From Felis catus (lineage: Eukaryota), in NCBI RefSeq assembly GCF_018350175.1, contig NC_058368.1, positions 176,888,001-176,952,000 on the forward strand: a stretch of 64,000 bases of DNA, in the 5' to 3' direction. Shown here one piece after another: positions 25,668 to 38,999 of this stretch (its first letter is position 1; each line of letters begins with the position of its first letter). The notes under the pieces are model-generated. The model did not search any database, was not told the DNA's origin, and was given only the letters and a program-made list of their open reading frames with translations. The position numbers and the translations under genes were made by a program.

Positions 25668-26584
25668 GGGGGCGCCTGGATGGCTCAGTTGGTTAAGTGT
25701 CCACTTGGGCTCACGTCATGATCTCAGAGTTTGTGGGTTCTAGCTCCATATTGGGCTCTGTGCTGACAGCTCAGAGCCTAGAGCCTGCTTCGATTCTGTG
25801 TCTCCCTCTCTCTGCCTCTCGCCTGCTCACACTCTGTCTCTCTCTCTCAAAAATAAACATTAAAAAAAAAAAAAATCAGTTGCTAGTGCTATATACCATG
25901 GGTAGAATCTTTATGCCATTAGAAATGATAAGAATCTTCATTCTGATTTTTGATGATCCTAGTCTGTAACACCTCTCTTAAAAAAAAATTTTTTTAATGT
26001 TTTATTTATTTTTAAGACAGAGAGAGACAGAGCATGAGTGGGGATGGGGCAGAGAGAGAGGGAGACACAGAATCTGAAGTAGGCTCCAGGCTCCGAGCTG
26101 TCAGCACAGAGCCCGATGCAGGGCTGGAACTCACAAACTGCGAGATCATGATCTGAGCCGAAGTCAGATGCTTAACCAACTGAGCCACCTGGGTGCCCCT
26201 GTAACACCTCTCTTATGGAGAAATTTTAATAGATGGATTTTACTTTTTTTTTTTTTTTAAGATTTTATTTTTTAAGTAATCTCTACACCCAACATGGGGC
26301 TTGAACTCACAACCCTTAGATCAAGAGTTGGATGCTTTTCCAACTGAGCCAGCCAGGAGCCCCTATTTTTTTGTTTAAACGTTTTTGTTTTAGTTTATTA
26401 TTTATTTTGAGAGAGTGAAAGAGCACAAGCAAATGCAATGGGGGGATGGGGAGAGAGAGAGAGAGGGAGAGAGAGTGTGAGTGTCTCAAGTAGTCAACAT
26501 GCTGTCAGCCCACAACTGTGGGATCATGACCTGAGCCGAAATCAAGAGTCGGACGCTCAACTCACTGAGCCATTCAGGCGCCCC
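25668..26584. mobile_element. Cluster of four CAN-SINEs (25668-25875 +, 25985-26199 -, 26245-26363 -, 26380-26584 -)
   Basis: Recognisable heads and tails, with TSDs aatcagttgctag and tgtaacacctctctta. Confidence 0.92.
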
Positions 26585-27817
26585 TATTTTAAAATCTGAT
26601 TTTCTTACTGCAAATGCAGAGCTTTGGCAGCACCTGCTAGTGGTACTATACTTAGGTGAGTCTTCTAATAGGAATGATTATTGAGTGTTACTCTCTTGTA
26701 GTGAGGAACTTTTGCCATTGTGTTTATGAGTTAGTTATCTCTCTTGTGGCTTTTGACCAAGACACATTCTTCTCTTGTTGCAAGAAAGCATTAGATTGAT
26801 TTCGTTAAACAACATAATCATATTAATTGGGCATGATGATCAATTTGCTGATTTAGTGATTCTCTCATTTTTCCTTACTGCAGACCACCTGAATGGTTTA
26901 TCTTCATTTGGTGGACCATTGCACCTGATTCTTCCCGCCGCCCCTCACCATCCCTACCCAGCTTTCTGCTTCTGCTTATCGGGCATACTAGGCTACCAGC
27001 AAGCTCCTCATGATTCACTGGTAGTTCAAGGACCATAGGTTGAGACTTTACTAACGCGTATGTACTAAAAGATGCATGTGTGTTGGCCGAGAACAATCAG
27101 CATGTATTTGCCTTGCATCAGCCACTTTTGACTTGCAGTCAGCAACAATCAAGTTTGTTTTTGAATATATTCCATATATTGAGCTGAGAGGTTAAATATT
27201 GCTGAGTATGCACTGAGTGTTGTAATGCCGTTTTTTGCGTGTTTGCAGTAAAAGTTTTAGGCATTTCCATTATTGCTCTGTTTTCAGAAATGGAATTTCT
27301 GTTCAAGTTAGATGTCTAAACAAAAACATCCTGATGTGTGAAAGTCATTTTAAGTGAATTTTACTTGAGTGTGAGTGAGGTCTTGATATATCAAGACTTG
27401 ACTAAATAATGAAGTAGTGACTTTTGGACTTTTCTCATGAAGTCCTCAAAACCCTTCAGATAATTTTTTGCATGTATTATGATTGGCTCATAGGTATGAG
27501 CTAGGGCAGGCCTCTTTGCATCAGTTCAGATCATTTCCGTGCTTGTGGACTATGTGACAAGAGTATCAAAGGGGCAGAGTAACAGATAGTCCAGATCACT
27601 TGGTTATGCTTCATGATAAACTATCACTTTCAACTCAGGGCAAACATCTTATTTTTTTAAACTGGAACTCTTAAAAATAGCCAGCCTCCATTATTTCTAA
27701 CTGCCAGTGCTTATAGCTAACCATATAAATAAGGCCTGCTCTCTGATATCAAGTAGCCTGTGGTTGAGTAGAGGAATCATACATTTAATTAGGAAAAGTT
27801 TTAAAAGCCTCTACAGT

Positions 27818-28100
27818 GGGGCTCCTGGGTGGCTCAGTCAGTTAAGCGTCCGACTTCCGCTCGGGTCATGATCTCACAGCTTGGGAGTTTGAGCCCCGCG
27901 TGGGGCTCTGTGCTGACGGCTCAGACCTGGAGCCCACTTTGGATTCTGTGTCTCCCTCTCTTTCTGTCCCTCCTCTGCACATTCTCTGTTTCTCTCTCCT
28001 TTATTTCCCCCCCCACACCCCATCTGCCCTTCCCTCTTTTTTCTTTTCTTTTTTTTCTTTCTCTCTCCTTTAAAAATAAACATTAAAAAAAATTTTTTTT
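27818..28100 (+). mobile_element. CAN-SINE with an expanded pyrimidine tract
   Basis: TSD aaagcctctacag on both sides. Confidence 0.92.
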
Positions 28101-28919
28101 AAAGCCTCTACAGCAATGGAAAAAGTATTATGGAAGTTCAGAGAATAGTGGGGAGCAGGGTGAGAAAGCTTCACTGAAGAGGGGATATAAGTAGTTGGTC
28201 TTGAAAGAGGAGTAGATGGAGACAAAGTAGAAGGCAGAGGAAATTATTTGTATAGCAATATGAGAAAACCTGGCATTTTGGCGGACTGGCAAGAAGCTTG
28301 TGGAGGGGTAGGTGAAATATGAAGTTATTAAGGTATGTTGTCAGATTTTAGGAAGGCACAGTTGCCACAATTAATAGACCAGTTGCGAGACAATATATAG
28401 GTGATGGTATTTAAGTGGATTTTTTGTGTGCTAATTCCCATTTAATGCTGCATTCTGAGGTTATTTGATACAAAATTCTGATGTAGCAAGGTGTTACAAT
28501 CTTTAGCATATTTTTATTCTTTTGTAATTTTAATCATATTGTCACATATTAAACATCAGAAATGTGTTTCACTTTTTTGCATGCACATGGGGTGCCTGGC
28601 TCACCCACTCAGGTGAGGTCGTGAGGTCGTGAGTTCCAGCCCCACGCTGGGTGTAGAGATTATTAATAAATAAATAAACTTAAAAAAAAAAAACACCTTT
28701 TTTATATGTACATGTATGTATATGTTTGTCCCACATCAGTTTTTGTCTCTGGTCCTAGGTTTCTGGCACATGGAAAGAGTTTGCACTAAGATTCTGCAGA
28801 CCTGCCTGAGTTTTAATCTCTTGAAAAGGCCTGCATTATCTGTGGTGCTTTGGGCTCCGTTTCTCACATTGTTGAAAGAAGAGAATGGATTAGATCATCT
28901 TTGTCAAGATTATATCTTA

Positions 28920-30077
28920 ATTCTTTTTAAAAATATTTTTAATGACAGTTTTCAAGCATATTGAAAAAATTAATATAATAAACATTTGAATATCCATCAC
29001 TTAGATTAAACAGTGTGTGTATTTGCTTAACTGAGAGTATAGACATTATGACACTTCAACATGTAAATGCCATTATCACTCCTAAGAAGATTATTCCCTA
29101 AGATCAAGTCCATAATCACAGTCCACCAATTGTCCCAAAATGCCTTTTATAGCTATTTTTTTCAAATTAAGATCTATTCAGCATTGAGACATTGTATTTG
29201 TTTTTGTATTTAATTTTTTAAAATCTAGAACAGCTTCTCCCCTTTTCTTCCCTATGACATTGATTTTTTGAAGAGTATTATAGAATGTATCACATTCTGG
29301 GTTTGTCTGATTGTCATTTAGTGTATTTCTCTAGCCTCTGTATTTTCTTTAAACTGAAAATTTGGTAGATCTAATACTAACAGAATGTGATTATTTCCTA
29401 GGGTATCCTGGATCCAAAATCCAAACTTTTCCCAGTTCTTTTCTCCTAACTTCCAACACTGGGATACTCTTTGATTACTGAATAGATCTGAACCTTATTT
29501 TCATTTTCCCACCCAGAAACAAGCTTAAGATCTACTGTCAGCCTGCAAGTCTACAGTACCCTATTATTAACTATAGTCACTATGCTGTACATTATTAGAT
29601 TCTCAGAGTTTATTCTTTTTATAACTGAAAGTTTGTACCCTTTGTATCTACATTCCTTTCTTTCAGAGTGTGAGTGGGGGAGGGCAGAGAGAGAGGGGGA
29701 GACAATCCAAAGCAGGCTGCAGGCTCTGAGCTGTCAGCACAGAGCCTGATGCAGGGCTCAAACTCACAAACTGTGAGATCATGAACTGAGCTGAAGTCAG
29801 CCAGTTAACCGACTGAGCCACCCAGGCTCCCCTCCTTTCTCTCATTTTTATAAAAAGGTTCTATCATGTTTTTTTTTAATTTTTTTTTTAATGTTTATAT
29901 CAGAGAGAGAAAGAGAGCACAAGTGGCAGAGGGGCAGAGAGAGATGGAGACACAGAATGTGAAGCAGGCTCCAGGCTGTCAGCACAGAGCCGGACACGGG
30001 GCTCAAACTCACAAGCCATGAGATCATGACCTGAGCTGAGGTCGGACGCTTAACGGACTAAGCCACCCAGGTGCCCC
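28920..30077 (-). mobile_element. Old L1 fragments (28920-29370, 29550-29645) and two minus-strand SINEs (29665-29832, 29870-30077)
   Basis: L1MC-like and L1MA 3' UTR motifs (tattaactatagtcactatgctgtacatta), plus SINE heads. Confidence 0.7.
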
Positions 30078-33000
30078 ATCATGGTTATTTTTCGACATTA
30101 CTTATCTTCTCGGGATGTAAGCTGCATTGGCCTGGTACAGACTTCATAATACTTGAGGTTTCATAATACCTTAGACTCAGTTAACTGTTGCGTGACATAC
30201 ATTTTTGACTTTATAATGGTGTTAGGGAGAAAGTAAAATTCCACTAATAGAAGACTTATTTAATTCTAGAACAAGAGCTCTTTGTTAACTAGAACCATAT
30301 AGCGTAATGAAAAGTTCAGTTCCACCTCTGTCTCTCTATATCTAATATGACCTTAAGTCACTTGACTTCCCCATTTCTTGTTTTTTTCTTATCTATAAAA
30401 TGAGCATGTTTGTTGGATGAGATCAGTATACTCAAACTTTTTTAACAGTTGAATCTCCTTTTTTTAGGTATACCTTACATTGAATACTAAAGTATCAGCC
30501 TCAGCATTTCATTTTCTTTTATTTTGATTGTACACTCACTAAAAAAAATTAGAGTCTCATAAAGTTCTATAGGTTTTTTTTTTGAAGTTTGAATCACTAT
30601 CAACTGTACTCAAAACTTCAACATTATGTCTTCCAGCATTGTGACTTATGTTATATTTTCATTAAGCATTGTTGAGTTACTTTTTGTCATGAGAATATGC
30701 TGAGCAGGTATATCTAAACTTGCTGTGACATTTAATGGGGCCCAGACCTGCACAGTACCATATTAGTGTGTTCACTGGTACATTGTTACATGTGTGGACA
30801 TGTGTGTGCCTGTATTAAACAAAAGGCACCGTGCAGAGCTCTTGATTTCCCAATCAATGACCCATTTCAAGAAGTTCCCTAAGTTTCATATGTGCATAGA
30901 GAAAGTAAGAGAAGCTTTATTCCAATGTCACCATGATTAGTTTCATGATGAACATGTTTCATGATGGTCTGTATGTTTGAAATTTAACATTTGATGTGTG
31001 GGGTCTTGTTATGATTCTTAAAAAGTAACAAATTTTACATATAATTTGAATCATGTTTGTAGAACTCTGAAGCAACTGTTTTGTTTCCTTGAATTCTTTG
31101 GAACCAGTTTTTAAAATTAGTTGATTAGATCCTAGGAAAAGTCTTTAACACATAATTTCAGTCGGTTTTTCTCTATTCTCAGGATAGGCATACTGTCGTG
31201 GGCATTGTATTAGATATCTGTGGTTTCATAGAATTACTGAAAAAGTACTATATGAATTAAGTATAAAACTTTAAGAGCAAACAAAAGAAAGGTAACACAT
31301 TAAAAGTAGCGAAGATGGGGGGGCCTGGTTGGCTTAGTCAGTAGAGCATGCAACTCTTGATCTTGGGGTTGTGCGTTTGATCTTGGGGTCATGAGTTCAA
31401 ATCCCACGTTGGGCATAGAGCTTACTTAAAAGAGAGATAGTGAAGGGAATCAATGCGGTGGTAACTTGTGCCTATATCACTAATTGCAGTCTGGTTTTAG
31501 ATCTGGAAGTTTGTTTACTGCCTGCATGTGACTTGCCTTTGCCAGGAATTAAAAGGGTAGTAACAAGCCCACAGGTGGTCTCTTTCTTCTGGAGCAACTT
31601 TTGGCTTCATAATGTACTCTGTAAGTGAACCTGTTTCATTATTTAAGACATGAACTTTACCTTTCAGCCCATTTGAAGCTTGGTACTATTAGGCCTACTC
31701 TTCTCTCTGTCTGACACAGCTTCACTTTTCTCCTTTCTCTCTTGGGTGTCAAATATTTCAACTCTTTGGCTACAATTCAGGCATGCTTGTGTTATGTTTA
31801 AACTTTGGAGTTTCAGGGGTGTCTGGGTGGATTAGTCGGTTAAGCGTCTGACTTGATTTTGGCTCAGGTCATGATCTCATGGATCCGTAGGATCAAGCCC
31901 TGTGTCAGGCTCTGTGCTGGCAGTGCAGAGCCTGCTTGGGATTCTCTCTCTCCCACTCTGCCCCTCCCCCCCCTTTCAAAATAAATACATAAACATTAAA
32001 AAAAAAGAAAACTTTGGAAGTTCAGGCAGGAAGTGCTTAATGGAAATGGGGTTGATAAATGAGATCTTGCGTTTGAAAGATTTGACTGTGGCTTATGAAG
32101 GAAGAACCAGAATGAGATGATGCTGAGAGGGACCTAGTAGGTGAGGTCTGATGTCTGTCATATATGCTGGTCAGACTTTGCTTATAAAGAGTGGACTATA
32201 TGGAGATAAAACAAAGAAGGAATGTCAATGAAAGAAAGATCTTCGCATCTAGTGAGCAAGGCTTGGATTTTCTTTCCTTTTCAAGGCCTTTGACCTTTTC
32301 ACTTAGTATTTATTTACATAGTAAATATTTGCTATGAAATGCTTTTTTATTAAGTTCTTAAAAATAGCATGGCCCTTCCTCATTTTTTTAATTGCTTTTA
32401 GAAATTATTTGTTTACTTGTTTATTTCTTACTTGCCTCACAATATTATAAGCTCTGAAATAATAAATGGATAATTATGACTTTTATCACTTGGAGAATGA
32501 AAAGTTTACTACTTGGCTTTAGTTATTTAATTTGATTTTTGGACGAAATTATTTTATTACTAGTTCCTTAGTTGTATGAAAGCCCATTGTCTTATAGAGA
32601 CTCCTCACCATAATTAACTCTGGGATAAATACTTATTTGCCCAACTGAAGGAGGCAGTGATCTAATTTGCTTGTTAAGGTCTCCCTGCTTATTTTGTGTG
32701 TATTTTTGTTATTTTCTCCTGTCATCCTTAGCAAACCTAGTGATGATTTGAATTGCTTTGCATATGAAAAGAGTTAATTATATTTATAGCCCACCCAGCC
32801 CAGTAGAATTGTTAGGCTGCCCTTGAGCTGAATTTGTGTTTACATTGAATGCAGCAGAAATCTAGTTTTCACATATAGCCTATAAAGTATTCTATTAACA
32901 GGGAATAATAAAGACACTCTTTATGAATTTTCTGAATTTAGGGGTTTTTGTTTATTCGGTGGGTTTTTTTCAGCAGACATTTTAGGGGATGTTAGAGGAG

Positions 33001-35284
33001 GGCAAAGTCTGAGGACAAGTTGTAGGATGAAACTGATCTTTGAAGTATTTTACTAAACACAAATTTCACTTTGGGGGTCTAACCCACACTCCTCCATGTA
33101 AAAAGTATAAGGAGCTTTGTGTTTGGGAGGAAATTAGTTACACAAATACAATATTATAACATGTAGCTCTTTAACACATGCCTTGTGTTATGAGATATTT
33201 AGTAATGCAAATATATTTTGCACTTTTCATCCTGTTTTTACATATCAAAATCTCCCTGTTATTTGCACAGCAGACACATTGAGTATACCAATATGACAAA
33301 CTGAGTGTACATACTGTTTCAACAGGGCCTAGCACAGTGGCTTGTAAGTAACATATACATAAGAAATACTTGTTGAATGAGAGCTTGAAGTAATTCAGAG
33401 TAATGGCTTTTCGATTGTTTAAGGTTCACAAGTATAATTAATATGTGAGAAGAGCCATAATTGCAATACATAATCTTTTCCTTTGTTGTAGTTTTTAGTT
33501 TAAAAATAAATCTTCACATTTTCTTGATTCTTACAAGGACCCTTTGACTTTAAGGAAAGATGATGTTGATATCGCTGGTTCACAGGGGAGGAAACTGAAG
33601 CACAGAGATGTTTCGAATAAGGAATAAAACGAGTATCCCAAACTGTAAGCTCCATTTTCTGTTTTCTAACTCCATATCCTCTCCACAGATGGTGAGGGGT
33701 TTGGGTGGACTTTTCTTTCCTTGCTGCAGAAGTGTGTGTGTTTTTCCTTTGTGGCAATAAGCATAGTTGAAGTTAATGGAATGTGTTTCTTAAGGACTCT
33801 CATGTTCACTCTTGTATTCAAAATGGAGATGACAGCAGTAAAAAATGAGGTAGATAGTTGCCTTTGATCTTAGTCAATAAATTATCTTGCTTTTCACAAG
33901 ATAGAAAATTTGAACTAAGATGTTAGTTATCTAAAACTGGTAAATGGAAAAAAGTGTTAGTCTTGTTCATCTTTTGTGCCCTTTTACTTGCTTATCTTTT
34001 GCACTTTTACCTCTGCCTCCTAACCTAGATTGAATGTTTTCAGCTTAAAACTCAGTTTACTCAAACTTGACCTTGAACTTCGCAGTTGAACTGTGTGGGG
34101 GAACAAGTTTCCTTGAGTTTCTTAAAGTACAAGAAAAGAAGGATTTGTCTAATCTGAAGAAAGCTTAATAAAGTTTTTCTAGGCCTGTCCTCTGAAATTA
34201 CCTTTAGTATAGAAGTATTAGAAAGTCGGTCTCAGATCCTAAAGTGGTGATCACTCCAAGGGGTGAGTTGAAGGAGGTTACATGAAAGTTCTTTCTAATT
34301 GGTATATCCAGCAGTTAAAGGATGGGGATTGGAACCCAGAAGTGAATTAGTGTTTGTACTTAAAATGTCAGCATATGAATCATTGGAACTATCTTCTAGT
34401 TTTATAGCTGAGAAAAGGAACAGAGACCATCCATTTCCTGAATATGTCTTGCTCTGAAGGAGGAGGTGAAAACTATGTTGGTCCCATAATGTAGTTTCAT
34501 TATAGTAGCTTGTGCTTTTTCTGGCAGTCCTCAATACATTTCTGCCTTGAACTTCAGTTACCCTGAAAATAAGAATTTTAACTTGACGATTAAAAAGCCT
34601 TTGGACCTTTAATCATTGATGTATTGCCAAAAATTAACACACAGGACCTATTGAACACACCCTTCTGTGAATTTGGCTTTCGCTTCTCTGAGTTTGTGAT
34701 GGTTGCATCATGTTGTGGGTAGCTGTGTCTTCCTAAATGACTCAGAGTAGTTTATAAAGTCTCATAATTTTGAAGTGAAAAATTGAGATGTGTGCTACTA
34801 CATATAAATAGGACATAATGAAAAGGAACTTGAGAAACAATAAAATGATACCTAGTACTCTGGAATGAACATTGAATAAGACACTTCAGCCTGTAACAAG
34901 AGCTCTGAGAATGGGGAGAGTTGCTTATCTGTTATTGAATGAAATGTAATATACCCTTGGAAGCAAGAAGGAGAGTATCTTTTTGCACTGGATCTGTCAT
35001 GGGGTTGAAAATAGGTTCTTGGCTTGTATTTTTATTTTCTGTATACCAACACTAAATATACTGACTAGAAATTATAATGTAACTGCCTAGGGCAAACAAA
35101 TGACTGAAAAACATTTAACTTTTTTTTCTGGAACAATCGATCCTTAAGCATTTTAAGAAGGGAATAATAAACAGGGACAGAACTACATTTGAATGGTAAA
35201 GGTAGGTTTTTCAGTTTACAATAAGGATGAATACTAAAAGCCTAAACACGAAAAGTGTGAGAAGTTCCACGTTCATTTACTAAA

Positions 35285-36737
35285 AAAAATTTTTTTTAAT
35301 GTTTATTCATTTTTGAGATAGAGACAGAGCGTGAGTGGGGGAGGAGCAGAAAGAGAGAGACACACATAGAATCTGAAGCAGGCTCCAGGCTCCAACCTGT
35401 CAGCACAGAGCCTGATGGGGGGCCTGAACTCACAAACTGTGAGATCATTCATGACCTGAGCTGAAGTCGGATGCTCAACTGACTGAGTCACCCAGGCACC
35501 CCAAACTTCCACCATTTATTTTCTTATTATTTTCTTATTATTTTTTAATGTTTTTATTTATTTTTGAAGGAGAGAGAGAGAGACAGAACATGAGCGGGGA
35601 AGGAGCAGAGAGACAGGGAGACACAGAATTCGAAACAGGCTCCAGGCTCTAAGCTGTCAGCACAGAGCCTGATGTGGGGCTTGAACTCACAAACTGTGAG
35701 ATCATGATCTGAGCTGAAGTCGGACGCTTAACCGACTGAGCCACCCAGGCACTCCAGTTCCAACATTTATTAAAGAGGGAAGAAAAAGAAGTTCTCAGAT
35801 GAAACATCAAGGGAGATTAAAGAAAATTAAGATGTAGAATAAAATTCAGTTTCCATTGAAAAATAGTTCTTATTTAATAATAGGTGGTATAAAACACATT
35901 GGCAAGTTATTTTTGTACCGAAGTCTTGAGGGAAAATGTTATACAATTTTAATGAGTTGGAAAGTATTGACTAATGATATCTTTGCATTTACTCCTGATA
36001 CAGTCTAAAAGCTACTTATAACGTTACTAAACTAAATCAAACCTGGATCACTTTGCTTTCTAGGTAAGAAAGAGTAATTGAAGCTTTTGCACGCATGTGC
36101 ACACACGCACACACACATTATATATAATATACATAAAATATATATACACATAGAAAAAATATATATGTATGTACTCTTTTTTGGTATATTTATTCTTATA
36201 TATAGTCTCATGTTTTACAGGAGGACTTGTTTAGGACTAATTCTTTCTTACTGTATATATTTATGGTTATTTAAAAAACTTTTTAAGAACTCTTTGTGGG
36301 GCGCCTGGGTGGCTTAGTCGGTTAAGCGTCTGACTTCAGCTCAGGTCCTGATCTCACAGTTTGTGAGTTCGAGCCCCGCATCAGGCTGTGTGCTGACAGT
36401 TCAGAGCCTGGAGCCTGCTTAGGTTTCTGTGTGTCCCTCTCTCTTTGCCCCTCCCCAACACACGCACATGCGTGCGCTCTCTCTCCCCCTCCCTCTCTAA
36501 AATAAACATTAAAAAAAAACACTCTTTGCAAAAAATTTTAAGTCAAAAAGCGTATTTAAGGTGCTCCTGGGTGGCTGAGTCAGTTAAGCATCTGACTTCG
36601 GCTCAGGTCATGGTGTTGTGGTTTGTAATTTCGAGCCCTGCATCAGGCTCTGCACTGACAGTGAGGAGCCTGCTTGGGATATTCTCTCCCTCCCCCTCCC
36701 CCTCCCCCTCCCCCCTCCCCCCTCCCCTCCCCTCCCT

Positions 36738-36774
<37 letters not shown>

Positions 36775-38161
36775 CTCCCCTGCATGTGCACGCTCTCTCA
36801 AAGTTAAAAAAAAAAAAGTTTATTTAAGAAAAAGTAAATCACATTTATCTTAACACCTAACAAATATTTTGGTGTACATTCTTTCATGCTCAGGTTGTGT
36901 GCTGTATGTATAAAAGAGAGGGAGAGTAAGCACAAAAATCGGGTCGTATATTCAGAGGAATGTGAAGTGCTTTTTAAAGTCATTGCAGCTATGCTTCTAG
37001 AGCAGTTATGACTTCTAGAGTTTGACTTTATGATGTTCTGGGATATAACAGAAATGTCATTGTTAGCTTTTCATTTTGGGAGGGTTTATCAGTATTTTTT
37101 CTAAAATTGACCTGACCTCACTGTCTGTTTTGTAGAGTCACCACAATGATGTGCGAGATGCGCATCCCACGACTTAATCTGAGGAAATGCAGTATAAACT
37201 AGAGCAAAGGGAATACCCTGCTGTAATTGGGCAAGTTACCCAAGGCGTTTATGTGGGCAGTTTGTGAGAATACAGTATTTCTTAGGACATTACATCCTTC
37301 TGAACAGTGTAGTTAAATAAGCTAAAAGTAAAGCTTGGAGTTTTGTAATGGACATAGCTATAGATGCAATTTAAAATAATTAAGTGACATTCAAGATCTA
37401 TCTCTTCCCATGAGTCTGACCCCAAGACAATACAGTTTCTAGTAGTTTTCCTGTTAGTTTGATTGTTTCCATCACCCATCACTTTCTTATAACTTGGTGG
37501 AGAGGTAGAGAATTTGATGATTGAGTCCTGGTTCTGCTTTACAGATTTTGTGGCAAAATCTTGGACAAGCCAAAATCCCATTATGTTCTGTGGATCTGTT
37601 GAACGTACTCTTTGATTCTTACCTGTTCTTAAAATTAAGCGGGCTTTGATTGTACTTAAAACCAAAGGACTTGGCAAATGAATACAATTCAAGTGAAGTG
37701 CATTTACCCACATTTTTGCCCAACAATTTCTCAAGCAAAGGAAACTTTTCAGATTGAAAATGGAGACCCTCCCCGCCCCCCTGAATAGAGTCTGATGGAT
37801 CACTGGCAGGGACAGACACCAACATGCTTTGGGTAATTGGTATGTGCTGTCTGGGAAATAGTGTATAGTTTGGGCACTTAAAATCCATGCCAACTTGCTA
37901 TGCCATCCTAAGCTCTGGTATACACCTTTATTTTTTTTTATTTATTTTTTATTATTATTTTTTTAATGTTTATTTATTTTTGACAGAGACAGACTGCGAG
38001 TGGTTTTAGGGCAGAGAGAGAAGGAGACACAGAAGCAGAAGCAGGCTCCAGGCTCTGAGCTGTCAGCACAGAGCCCGACGTGGGGCTCGAACTCATGAGC
38101 TGTGAGATCATGACCTGAGCCAAAATCGGACGCTCAACCGACTGAGCCACCCAGGCGCCCC
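35285..38161. mobile_element. CAN-SINEs at 35285-35502 -, 35540-35755 -, 36298-36520 +, 36560-36820 + and 37930-38161 -
   Basis: Canonical heads and tails. The 37930 copy has TSD ctctggtatacacctttta-like flanks (ctctggtatacaccttta on both sides). Confidence 0.92.
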
Positions 38162-38999
38162 TCTGGTATACACCTTTAACCTCATGGAGCCCTGCAACCT
38201 TATAGATGGATTGATTACCAAGTTCACTTTGGGAGGGTAGGTGAAAGTCTAGGACCATGTTGAACATTAATCCAGTAACTCTTAAAGCCATGAGGTAGTA
38301 TAGTCCTAGTGGCTTAAGAATATGAACCCTGGAGTCAGTCAATCTGGGGTTGAGTCCCAGCCGTACCATTAGTTTGATGATCTTTGGGAGATTTTTAATT
38401 TTTATTAATTTAAGAGACATTTAGGCATTGTTTTTTTTTAATATGCTAGGCAATGTTCTAATTGTGTGTCAGAGAAATACTACTTCATTAAATCTTTAAC
38501 TATCCAATTAAACTTATTTTATTTTTGTCATCTCCCTTCTCCTCCTCCCCACCTATGTGTTTTACCTTTTAAGTTTGTTTTCTCATTTTAAGATGGAGAT
38601 TTTACTGGAGTTGAACATTCAGTAGGACAGTATATGGATAGCACTCTACACAGTGGCTGGGCCATGGTAATCATTCTCTGTTGACTTACTGTTTCTGAGA
38701 AAGGCAGCATTATGTGGCAAACTGCTACCTTCTTTAACTGTGATGTAACAATCAGAGTGATAGGAGTCATTCCCTGCAGGGTCTTCCAAATGCATACAGG
38801 AGCATTCCTGCAAATTCCTGAAGAATTTGAGTTGGTCAGGGAAAGTCTCTAAGAGTCTAACTCCATCCAGACACAGTCAGCACCTTTACATTGCCCTGGG
38901 TCTTTGGGGCCTGTTGAGATCTAGGTTAATACAATGGTTGCTCTCCCCAATCCAAATCTGTATCCAGGGGATTATCAGAGTCACAGATCTTTTTTTGTT

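Noticed and set aside
26830..26930. Possible intronic C/D snoRNA (ATGATGA ... CTGA)
   Set aside because: No convincing terminal stem or guide sequence. These short boxes occur by chance.
27380..27397. Perfect 18-bp palindrome GTCTTGATATATCAAGAC
   Set aside because: A 9-bp-arm palindrome is not unexpected in 64 kb of AT-rich DNA, and there is no supporting context.
37282..37893. 203-aa minus-strand ORF in non-repetitive intronic sequence
   Set aside because: Non-ATG start in the track, no recognisable domain, and no poly(A) or TSD signature of a retrocopy. A tBLASTn or PhyloCSF check would settle it.
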